A stretch of 64,000 nt of DNA, from positions 64,001 to 128,000 of the forward strand of contig CAVSLC010000004.1 of NCBI GenBank assembly GCA_963728565.1. The letters are read 5' to 3'. A program made the position numbers and the translations under genes. This document shows positions 38,843-47,846 of the stretch, in pieces. The number at the start of each line of letters is the position of its first letter. Within the stretch, counting starts at the first letter, position 1. Source of the stretch: an uncultured delta proteobacterium. Its GTDB lineage: Bacteria; Desulfobacterota; Binatia; UBA9968. The notes below the pieces were generated by a model. It made no database searches, was not told the origin of the DNA, and worked only from the letters and a program-made list of their open reading frames with translations.

Positions 38843-39835
38843 ATGGCTGGCACTCCTATTTTCACCGGCGCACAAGCGATCACCCGCCTGCGCGAAACAG
38901 TGCACGGTAACGCCGCGAACTTTTACGCGATGTACTCGAGTGTCCTTGGCGGCATCGTCAACGATCCGGCACTCATGGTGCTGCCGCTCGATGATCACAT
39001 GGTGCACCGCGGTCACGGCGTCTTTGATACCGCTACACTGACGCACGGGATGCTTTATCAACTCGATCGACATTTGGATCGATTGATTCAATCGGCCCAG
39101 GGAGCGCGTATTCCGTTGCCGTTATGTCGCGAGGAACTGCGCCAGATCATTCTCGACACTGCTGCGGCAAGCCGCCAGCGCGATGGATCGGTTCGCTATT
39201 GGCTCTCCGCCGGCCCCGGCGGCTATGGCCTTGGTCCAGCAGAATGTGTTCGCAGTAGTTTTTACGTAATCGTGTTTAAACAGGAAGCTTATCCGGAAAG
39301 CTACTATCATGACGGAATCAAGCTCATAACCAGCAAAGTGCCGATCAAACCGCCGCTTTTTGCCCGCATCAAGTCGACCAATTATCTGCCTAACGTCCTG
39401 GTCCTCTTAGAAGCCAAAGACCAAGGCGCCGACAACGGAATTTTCATCGACGAGCGCGGCATGGTAGCGGAAAGCTCGAATATGAACGTAGCTTTCGTGA
39501 CGCGGGATCGGGTGTTCCGCCATCCGCCCTTTGAAGCGATTCTTTCGGGGATCACGATCCAGAGAGTTCTCGAGTTCGCTACCCTGCTCGTGCAGCAAGG
39601 GATACTGAATGCTATCGACCTCACCGCTATTTCGGTGCAGGAAGGACGCAAAGCGGCGGAAATGATGCTGATCGGCAGCTCGATTAGAGTCGCGCCCGTG
39701 GTCGTATGGGACGGGCAAATAATCGGCGACGGCAAACCCGGACCGATTGCCAAGAAGCTGCTGGAAAGGTGGAATGAAGACACTACCTCTGCGCAGGATC
39801 AGCTCATCATGGTGCCGTACGATCAAGTAAGTTAA
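38843..39835 (+). CDS. Class IV PLP enzyme, plant-type D-amino-acid transaminase / aminodeoxychorismate lyase-like
   Basis: AMYSSVLGGIVNDPALMVLPLDDHMVHRGHGVFDT, IKSTNYLPNV (PLP Lys), ESSNMN, ILSGIT, IGDGKPGP. Confidence 0.88.
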   Translation: MAGTPIFTGAQAITRLRETVHGNAANFYAMYSSVLGGIVNDPALMVLPLDDHMVHRGHGVFDTATLTHGMLYQLDRHLDRLIQSAQGARIPLPLCREELRQIILDTAAASRQRDGSVRYWLSAGPGGYGLGPAECVRSSFYVIVFKQEAYPESYYHDGIKLITSKVPIKPPLFARIKSTNYLPNVLVLLEAKDQGADNGIFIDERGMVAESSNMNVAFVTRDRVFRHPPFEAILSGITIQRVLEFATLLVQQGILNAIDLTAISVQEGRKAAEMMLIGSSIRVAPVVVWDGQIIGDGKPGPIAKKLLERWNEDTTSAQDQLIMVPYDQVS

Positions 39836-40113
39836 AGTGAACCTCGCCTGCTCGCGTTTTACCGTCAGACTACCATCCGAGTAATTTGGCTTCTTGGTTG
39901 GACGCGTGCTAGCCGATGTCATCGGTGCTTGCGCGCGAACCCTATGAACAACTGCGCATCGATGCGCCTGTGACCAATTTTAAGCGCCATCTGCTTGATC
40001 GTGGAGAAATAGAAATCTCCACCGCGGAGCTTACAGTCAGGCCCCACCAGGCGCGTTGATTTTGCGCCCGATGGGGCATGTGTCACTCGGCTACCATGAC
40101 CGAACCGCCTCAG

Positions 40114-41556
40114 TTATTCCCTGGTCGTTAGCCTGGACTGAATTTCAACCTGCTGTTGCTGCAGCGGAAGATTGGCAATCTCGCGCGCTGATCCCGTCAG
40201 CTCCAGGATGTGCAAGCCGGTATTGGCCCGGTCAACAATGTAAATCAGACCGCGATCGTCGACCTCAACATTGTTCGTTTGAATCGCGATCTTACCAGCG
40301 CGCGGGTCGGTATTCGCTGTTGTGGCCGGAACAAAGTACGCGATCTCCTTCGGCTGGAACGGATTGCGGATGTCGACGGCGCGAACCCCTGCGTTGAAGT
40401 AAGCGACGAATAGGATCCGCCCATAATAGATCGGCGTGAAGCTCTCATTCGAGGAGTGCGCGCCGAAGCGCCCGCCACGGCGGCAGAAGACGCCGTCGGG
40501 ATCCGGCACGTGGTAGCTCGAAACCACCTGAGGCGTGGACTCGATAGTGACATCGGCGAAGAAGACCATCTGATGGGATTCTCCGTTGCACTCGTTGGCC
40601 GTCGATTCGTTGACGATCGCTAGGATGTCGCGGGTGCCGCCCACATTGAAGGGCCCGAGATGAGGGATTCGCACGCCGAGTATCGGGAATGTGGTGTGCG
40701 CGCCCACCAGCGGCGACGTATCGAACTGTGCGATGACGGGGAAAGTAAGGTTCTCCGGCGTCGGCTCCGGGGGGCCGGTCAAGAGCTTCGTGCGGTCGGC
40801 GATCTGAACGGTCCCGTTTGAGCTGGTGCCGTGACCGAAATAAACCCGGTGCCCCGCGCTGATCGCGCCGTGCAAATCCGTCGGAACGTCGCCCGTCGAA
40901 CCCGGTTCTTGACCTACCAGACCGTAGTCACGGATGTGAACCGGCGACCTCGGATTACTCAAATCAAACACCTGGGTCATGCGGTCGGTGCGCCATCCAG
41001 GCACGCCCGAGACCAGGTACGCAATGCCGGTATCACACTCCCACCAGTTTTTATGTGTTCCCTCGAGTCCGGATACCACCGTGGTCCGGAGCACTGGCGA
41101 GCTTGGATTTCTGACATCATAAATTTGATGGGCTTCATTGCCGTGCGCCCTTAGCAGGAACACTCCCTCCACATCCGCAGAGGTGACGCCGGGCAAATCC
41201 GTGCCATTGCACACCCGCACCATCTGCGCGCCGCCCGCCTCACCCGCTCCGCTGGGACCCGGGATGTGATGGAGATAAACGGGATTACGGGGATCGGTGA
41301 CGTCGACAATAGATACGCCGTTGTTCTCCACAGCGTTGGTCAGCGGATTAAAGGCCGAGCCGCCGTGGTGCCCAATATAGGCGATCCATCGGCTGCCCTG
41401 CTGATGGATTATCGGCTGATAGGCGGAACGGGCTTGAAGAGTGTTGTGGCCCAGGAGCGCCATATTATTGGAATCGGATGGATGCTGCGCCTCCACATGC
41501 CCACTGCTCAAGCTCACTGATATGATCATAATTAGTAGGAGTATCAACTTTTTCAT
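40114..41556 (-). CDS. Secreted LVIVD-repeat beta-propeller protein
   Basis: Signal peptide; repeated D[VLI][TRS][DN]P units (IVDVTDP, IYDVRNP, VFDLSNP, AVDIRNP); YFNAGVR; NNVEVDDRGLIY. Confidence 0.82.
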   Translation of the reverse strand: MKKLILLLIMIISVSLSSGHVEAQHPSDSNNMALLGHNTLQARSAYQPIIHQQGSRWIAYIGHHGGSAFNPLTNAVENNGVSIVDVTDPRNPVYLHHIPGPSGAGEAGGAQMVRVCNGTDLPGVTSADVEGVFLLRAHGNEAHQIYDVRNPSSPVLRTTVVSGLEGTHKNWWECDTGIAYLVSGVPGWRTDRMTQVFDLSNPRSPVHIRDYGLVGQEPGSTGDVPTDLHGAISAGHRVYFGHGTSSNGTVQIADRTKLLTGPPEPTPENLTFPVIAQFDTSPLVGAHTTFPILGVRIPHLGPFNVGGTRDILAIVNESTANECNGESHQMVFFADVTIESTPQVVSSYHVPDPDGVFCRRGGRFGAHSSNESFTPIYYGRILFVAYFNAGVRAVDIRNPFQPKEIAYFVPATTANTDPRAGKIAIQTNNVEVDDRGLIYIVDRANTGLHILELTGSAREIANLPLQQQQVEIQSRLTTRE

Positions 41557-42187
41557 CGCTTTTTCCCTTCTCTTCTTGATGAAGGATCTTTATCTCGACT
41601 GAACATGTTCTCGCCGCAAAAACATTTTCCCCTGTCCCGCGCGCTTCTCAGGCCTTCACCAGAATTGCGTATGTCCATCTGTAATTGCACCGACAAAGAC
41701 AGGGATTTGCTGGCACATCACCGAGAGCATTTGTTACGTCTCCCGAAACATGCAGTGGTAAGATGAGAGTGTCGAGGAATTTAGTTGGCAGGCGTGAGCA
41801 TGTCCAATAGTTTCTTCTAATGACTGGGTATTGGTTTTCCTTATGGCGGAACCAGCTTCACATGAAACGAAAACAATGAGATCTCAAGAATGCCCCGGAC
41901 TTTGGTCTTGCTTCGGCTCTTCTCCGGAGTCTAACGCTCCCAAACGAAGCGCCTCCTTGATCACAAAGAGTGTTCGAGCACGAGCGCGATGCCTGCGCTC
42001 TGTAAAGCTTTCTGCCCATGCGTCCTCATAAGAGCAAAAGATCCACTCCCGAAATCAATCGGCCGAAGGAGTTTCCTTAACGAATCAAGCGCGGATGAAG
42101 AAATAGTTGAAGCTGTAGGGACCGCCTAGACATTTTCTCTCGCTTGGAGTAATCGGGGCTTAAGGTGAATGCGCAACGGGAGCGACG

Positions 42188-42424
42188 ATGAAGCAGTGGA
42201 CCATCATAATTTCTTTCATCGGTTTTTTTCTGTCTCGGCCGACCGCGATTTTTTCAGCGGAAACAGCACTGAAGATTGTCAACGTGGCGGTTCCGGCGTT
42301 TTCCCTGTCGCAGGCGCCGCGGTTTACCGCGCCTGATGCCGGCGCATTCAAAGAATCTGGCATGGAAGTTCGCTATGTCGTCACTCCTAGGCGGAACTCT
42401 CTAAACAGGAGGACAAAAAGATGA
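42188..42424 (+). pseudogene. N-terminal fragment of a NitT/TauT-type substrate-binding protein
   Basis: Signal peptide plus VNVAVPAFSLSQAP...AGAFKESGMEV, then the frame ends after 78 aa. Confidence 0.55.
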
Positions 42425-44259
42425 TTTGCACAGCTCAGTTTAGGAAACAAACCGCGATTCTCTGGAGTATCATTGCGCTGTTGCTGATTCCCGCCTTTAG
42501 CGAGGCGCGCATCATCAGCGTCCAGTTGAATCCCCCCAAGATCGCGTTTGGCGGCTACTCGTGGCCGGGTGTCGGGCAGTATGAGAAGATTACAGGCGTA
42601 GCTTATGCTGAGGTTGATCCCGCCGATCGCCGGAACGCAATCATCGTCGATATCGGGCTTGCCGAACCGCAGGCCGCTCCCGGGCAGCCAGGCAAGACTG
42701 CCAATGGGAAAGTCGCGTACTCTTTAAATTTCTATATTCTTAAACCGATCAACTTGAACCAGGTCGATCGGAAACTGAACGGCTACGGCAAGATGATGTA
42801 TGAGCCGCCCAACCGGGGCGGCAAGACGTGGACCGCCTTGGGCCGTGTCACCGGCGGCGGTGACGACCCGGCTACCATTACGGACCCGACGATCCTCGCG
42901 AACTCATTCCTGATGCCGCGCGGCTACACGATCGTCTGGAGTGGGTGGGAGCCATTGGTGCCCCTTGCCAACTTGGCCAGCGACCTGGACGCGTCGGTTG
43001 CGTTGCCGATTGCCAAAAATCTAAACGGCTCAACGATCACAGGTCCAGCCTACGAATATATCGTAACCTCGGGCAACTCATTCCAGTTAAGTTATCCGGC
43101 GGCCGACACGGCGGACAAAACCACAGCGGTACTGACCCATCGCGTTCATCTTGACGACGTCCCGCAGGTAGTTCCCGCGGCAAATTGGAATTACAACTCG
43201 GACGGCACCGCGATTAACCTAACCGGAGGATTCATCGCCAACGACATTTATGAGTTCTCGTACACGGCCAAGGATCCGACCGTGGCCGGTCTTGGCTTTG
43301 CGGCCGTGCGCGATTGGGTTTCCTGGCTGCGCTACGAGGCGCAGGATGACACCGGCACGCCCAACCCGTTGGCCAACTACATCACCCGGATATATACCGA
43401 AATATCCTCGCAACCTGGACGTTTGTTCAACGACTTCCGCAAGCTCGGCTTCAACGAAGACGACCGTGGCAGAATCGGCAGAAAGGTATTCGACGGCCAC
43501 ATGCAATGGATCGCGGCGGGCAGCGGCATCGGCATGAACTACCGGTTCTCGCAGTCCGGCCGCACCGAGCGCAATCGCCAGAACCACTTATACGCTGAAA
43601 ACCTTTTCCCGTTCGCCAATGTGAGGACGACCGATCCGTTCATGGGCATTACCGCTAGCCGCTATGACGCATGTCAGCTGACGAACACGTGCGCGTTGGG
43701 AGTTGAGATCTATTCGGCCAACGAGTACTGGGTCAAAACGGCTTCACTACTGCACACCCAGCCGGACGGGAGTGCCGACCTTCCTGATTCCCCGTACACG
43801 CGAAATTATTTCATATCCAGCATGCAACATGGCACAGGCAACGCAACGAACAGAGGGGTGTGCCAGCAGTTCGGCAACCCGCTGAATTCCGCGCCGGTGC
43901 AGCGTGCGTTGTTTCTCGCTTTGGATGCATGGGCCAACAACGGCACACCGCCGCCCTCAAGTAGGGTGCCCCGCCTCGACAACGGGACACTCGTGCTGCC
44001 GGCAGACGCCGGATTCCCCACCGATATACCAGATCCGTTCGGGGAAACGCCCAACGGCAAAGTAACTTACACGGGTCTGAAGACCAGTCGTTATCTGTTT
44101 AATTATGGGCCTGGCTTTTACGACACCAATAACCCGGCCACCTTCGGTATTCCGAGCATCTTTCCGCCCGTGATCACCCCGCCGCTTATGCCTCTTATGA
44201 CTGACGCAGCGGCGCCGATCATCTCGGTGAACGGTCCGGTTTATCCCACCTTCGACTGA
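42421..44259 (+). CDS. Secreted alpha/beta-hydrolase-domain (Abhydrolase_10-like) protein, probably 3'-truncated
   Basis: Signal peptide, VGQYEKI.G, YEPPNRG, GYTIVWSGW, GLGFAAVRD, SQPGR, GFNED, NEYW, PPPSSRVP. Ends abruptly at YPTFD. Confidence 0.75.
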   Translation: MICTAQFRKQTAILWSIIALLLIPAFSEARIISVQLNPPKIAFGGYSWPGVGQYEKITGVAYAEVDPADRRNAIIVDIGLAEPQAAPGQPGKTANGKVAYSLNFYILKPINLNQVDRKLNGYGKMMYEPPNRGGKTWTALGRVTGGGDDPATITDPTILANSFLMPRGYTIVWSGWEPLVPLANLASDLDASVALPIAKNLNGSTITGPAYEYIVTSGNSFQLSYPAADTADKTTAVLTHRVHLDDVPQVVPAANWNYNSDGTAINLTGGFIANDIYEFSYTAKDPTVAGLGFAAVRDWVSWLRYEAQDDTGTPNPLANYITRIYTEISSQPGRLFNDFRKLGFNEDDRGRIGRKVFDGHMQWIAAGSGIGMNYRFSQSGRTERNRQNHLYAENLFPFANVRTTDPFMGITASRYDACQLTNTCALGVEIYSANEYWVKTASLLHTQPDGSADLPDSPYTRNYFISSMQHGTGNATNRGVCQQFGNPLNSAPVQRALFLALDAWANNGTPPPSSRVPRLDNGTLVLPADAGFPTDIPDPFGETPNGKVTYTGLKTSRYLFNYGPGFYDTNNPATFGIPSIFPPVITPPLMPLMTDAAAPIISVNGPVYPTFD

Positions 44260-44398
44260 ATTGCGTATCGAGATGGAAAACCGCTTGATTAAGCTCTGTG
44301 CGCGTGCATTGAATTAGATATAGCTGTATTGAATCGGGAAATGTTGGTCGTGATGAGCAGGCAAAGATTGTTTGGGTAGATGCAAAAAGGAGGTTGCC

Positions 44399-44689
44399 AT
44401 GTCGATTGTCAGACTCATTTACGTAAGCGTAAAAGGTGATCAGGTTAAGGATGCGGTTAATCTTTGGAAAGAGCATTGCGCTCCGCTGATGATTAAACAG
44501 CCGGGGTGTCTGTCCGAAAAGCTCTTGGAATGTGTCGATGCACCAAATGAATTTATCTCCTACTCTGAATGGGATAGCCAGGAGAGCATCGACAAGTATC
44601 GAAATAGCGAAGCACACGCGGAGATTCAAAGACACTCACGGGGATTGCAAGGCGGTCAGGCTATCGTGAAGCGATATGCGGTGAAGTAA
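44399..44689 (+). CDS. Antibiotic biosynthesis monooxygenase (ABM) domain protein
   Basis: QPGC, SEW.S......Y..S..H pattern; AGGAGG RBS. Confidence 0.82.
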   Translation: MSIVRLIYVSVKGDQVKDAVNLWKEHCAPLMIKQPGCLSEKLLECVDAPNEFISYSEWDSQESIDKYRNSEAHAEIQRHSRGLQGGQAIVKRYAVK

Positions 44690-44767
44690 TCCACCACCCG
44701 GGAACTGCGGCGCGGAAGAACAGTTGATAAACGCGATGGATCTACCGTACTCGCGCAGGAGAACTTT

Positions 44768-45076
44768 ATGCCGAGATATATTCTTCTCAGCACGCTGACC
44801 CCCGAAGGGCGGCAAACAATGCACAAAAACCCCGATCGGTTGGAAGAGGTCAACAAGGAAGTGGATGCATTCGGTTGTAAGATCATAGCCCAATATGCGG
44901 TACTGGGTGGTTTTGATTTCGTCAGCATCGTCGAAGCGCCCGACAACGAGACGGTCGCTCATATGTCCGTGGATTTAGGTTCACGGGGAACGATTAGCAT
45001 TACTACGCTGCCGGCGATTCCTACTGCGGAGTTTATTGCGAAGCTGAAGGGGCCTAAGCAGATGGGGCATAAATGA
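44768..45076 (+). CDS. GYD domain protein
   Basis: MPRYILL..LT.EG, YAVLGGFDFV..VEAPDNE, TLPA. Confidence 0.85.
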   Translation: MPRYILLSTLTPEGRQTMHKNPDRLEEVNKEVDAFGCKIIAQYAVLGGFDFVSIVEAPDNETVAHMSVDLGSRGTISITTLPAIPTAEFIAKLKGPKQMGHK

Positions 45077-45249
45077 AAGGCTGACCGAATGCGAAACTGA
45101 ACAATACGATACTTCCGGGAGCTTTCGAGCATCTGCCGAATGCCGGAATCAACACGCCGGAGTTTCGCCATTTTGGCGGTTTCTAGATTGCCGCGGACGG
45201 CATAAGCCGGTTCGCAGTTACTGAATGGATTATTCGGGGAGGTCGGACA

Positions 45250-47697
45250 ATGAATAAAGTTACCCGGGTGGATACTCGGCGCGATACCGAAGCGATCGGA
45301 TGGGTAAAGGAACTGGGTGACACCGAGAGTTGGTTTCAAAGCCAGCGGTTCCGACAAATCACTCGCCTTCACACGGCCTACGAGGTAGTCGCGCTGCGCG
45401 GCAGTGCGCAGGAAGACTACACGATCGCCAGGCAGGCGGCCGATAAGATGTACGATTACCTGCAACGGTTGTTCAAAGCGAAAAAGCAGGAAATTACCTA
45501 TGGGCCTTTCTCATCCACTGGAGCGGTGCGCGCGGTCATGGAGGGCATCAAGATTCTCTATCTCGGCGGATGGTCCACCTCAGCCCGCGGTTCCGACTCG
45601 GAAGATCCTGGCGCCGACTTGGCGAACTATGCGCTCGACCGGGTTCCCAAGGAGGGAGCCGCATGGGTGCGCGCCTTGATGCACCAGGATGAAGTGCAGA
45701 GGTCCAATCGCATGAGAATGACCTCCGCGCAGCGTAAAAAGATCACCGCTATCGAGTTCAGTCCGCCGATGATCATTCCCGACGGCGACACCGGACATGG
45801 GGGCGAGCATCATGTTCGCAACCTAGTCAAGAAGTTTGTCGAGAACAAGATTGGCGCCATTCACATCGAGGATCAAAGACCGGGTTGCAAGGTTTGCGGC
45901 CATCAGGGGCAGAAGGTACTGGTCTCCACGACTGAAATTATTGCGCGGCTCAATACAGCAAGGCTGCAGTTCGACGTCTTGGGCGTTCCCGGCGTGATCG
46001 TTGCCCGGACAGATTCTAATGACGCAACCGCAATAGACAGCTTGGAAGACGAGCGCGATCATCCTTTTGTATTGGGCGCGACAAACGCGGAGATCGTTCC
46101 CTTTAAGAACGTCAGTCTGGCGGTCATCAAGAGATTTTACGATCGGGGTTTTAAAGAGATCAACGGACATTTACTGTACAGGATCTCCGACAAAGCCTAC
46201 CGAGACGCGCAGGAATGGCTAAGAAAGCAACATCTCGCTTCTCGAGTCGATGAAGCGATAGCGCGCGTCGATAAAGAGATCTCGTCGCTTAAAAAACTTC
46301 GGCAACAAGCCCGTCGCGAGGGCAAGGGCCGGAGAGATGCGCGTGAGCAGCTCGCGGCGCTTGAAGTGACGGCCAAGAGGGTCGCTGAAGAAACCCTCGA
46401 CCATGTATTGGCCGTGATCCGCGAGGCGTGGGCGCAGAAGGCAGACTTAAAGACCTATGGTGAGGCCGTCGCCGAGTTCATGGAAGCGCGGCTTGGCAGC
46501 CAGGGCAAGCCTCCCATGTCAGTCGAACGCTGGAGAAAATTTGCCGCCCAGGTGTCCTTCGGCGAAGCTCGTGAGCGGGCCAAGTCCATGAGTATCGAAG
46601 TCTTCTGGGATTGGGACTTGCCGAGAACGCCGGAAGGTTTTTATCCGATCACGGGGGGACGTGACATGGCAACCGCGAGGGGATTGGCTATGGCGCCATT
46701 CTGCGATTTGCTTTGGCGCGAAACGGCCAAGCCGGATTTGGAAGACGACAGGATGTGGGCCGACGCCATACACGAGGTATTCCCGGACAAGCTGTTGGCC
46801 TACAACTTGTCGCCGTCCTGGAACTGGGATGCCTGGGGTTTTACCGACGGCCAGATCCGGAGTTTTGCCGCCGAGCTGGGCAAAATGGGTTACGTTTTTA
46901 ATTTCATAACCTATGCGGGCCATCAAACCGAAGCCCTGATGAATGGGCGGCTGGCGCGGGCGCTGAAAGAAGAGGGAGTGCTCGGCTTCGTCCGGCTAAT
47001 CCAGCGCTCGCTCCGGCTCGCCAATGATCCAGCCCAATTCCCGCAGACATTCGTGGGTGGGCCGTGGGCGGATCGATTCCGGCGTGCAGCACGCGGGCCG
47101 TCGCTGACTACATCATCGATGGGTGGCAAATCGACCGAGGCTCAGCACAGAAAACCTGTCGAGGTGCCCACCAGCGTCCTGGAGCGATGGCTGCGCATGT
47201 GGACCGAACATTGGAGCAAGCAGGGTCTGTACAAAGGCGGCGAGCTCAGCGTCGAAGTTAAAGAACGCTGGGCCGGCTCCGAGGAAATGATGCTCAACGT
47301 TTTCGATGAGGCTCGCGACAAGATTGCTGAGATCATTTATCGCGTCGATAGAGACAGAGCCGGTCGAAAATTTCTCGCGGTGAAGGATCAGAATACCGTG
47401 AAGAAGTATCGCGCCCGCCGACTGATGACGTTAATGCATTTCTTTCTGCTTCATCGTTACAAAACAGATCTGGTGCATTACGTGACCCCGACCGACGATA
47501 ACCGGCTGTCAGTTAGCCGAATGATCCAGAACGGCGTTTTCCGCGCAGCGCGGACCGATGATCCGAACATTATCGCCCTTGGCGTAGATACCGCGCGGGC
47601 ACAAAAGATATTCGCCAACGATGATTCGCTGAAGCGTTTTATAACCAACGAGTTTAGGGCGTCCAGAGGCCAGACGCTTATCAGAGCCGTCGGTTGA
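45250..47697 (+). CDS. aceA: Isocitrate lyase, long ICL2 type with C-terminal GNAT-like domain
   Basis: YLGGW, DGDTGHGG, HIEDQ..KVCGH, ARTD, W.ET, LAYNLSPSWNW; C-terminal RLMTL.H..L.HRY...VHYVTPTDDN. Confidence 0.93.
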   Translation: MNKVTRVDTRRDTEAIGWVKELGDTESWFQSQRFRQITRLHTAYEVVALRGSAQEDYTIARQAADKMYDYLQRLFKAKKQEITYGPFSSTGAVRAVMEGIKILYLGGWSTSARGSDSEDPGADLANYALDRVPKEGAAWVRALMHQDEVQRSNRMRMTSAQRKKITAIEFSPPMIIPDGDTGHGGEHHVRNLVKKFVENKIGAIHIEDQRPGCKVCGHQGQKVLVSTTEIIARLNTARLQFDVLGVPGVIVARTDSNDATAIDSLEDERDHPFVLGATNAEIVPFKNVSLAVIKRFYDRGFKEINGHLLYRISDKAYRDAQEWLRKQHLASRVDEAIARVDKEISSLKKLRQQARREGKGRRDAREQLAALEVTAKRVAEETLDHVLAVIREAWAQKADLKTYGEAVAEFMEARLGSQGKPPMSVERWRKFAAQVSFGEARERAKSMSIEVFWDWDLPRTPEGFYPITGGRDMATARGLAMAPFCDLLWRETAKPDLEDDRMWADAIHEVFPDKLLAYNLSPSWNWDAWGFTDGQIRSFAAELGKMGYVFNFITYAGHQTEALMNGRLARALKEEGVLGFVRLIQRSLRLANDPAQFPQTFVGGPWADRFRRAARGPSLTTSSMGGKSTEAQHRKPVEVPTSVLERWLRMWTEHWSKQGLYKGGELSVEVKERWAGSEEMMLNVFDEARDKIAEIIYRVDRDRAGRKFLAVKDQNTVKKYRARRLMTLMHFFLLHRYKTDLVHYVTPTDDNRLSVSRMIQNGVFRAARTDDPNIIALGVDTARAQKIFANDDSLKRFITNEFRASRGQTLIRAVG

Positions 47698-47846
47698 ACC
47701 GAGGATGCTCAGGAAGGAAACGTAAACTGCGCCGATGTAGAAGATCTGGGAGGTCACTTCGACGGCCAGGCTGATTTCGAATGCTGAACCGCTAGGATCG
47801 AGATCCGCCCGGTATGATGACGCAGATAATTGCGAGGGGAGAAGCC

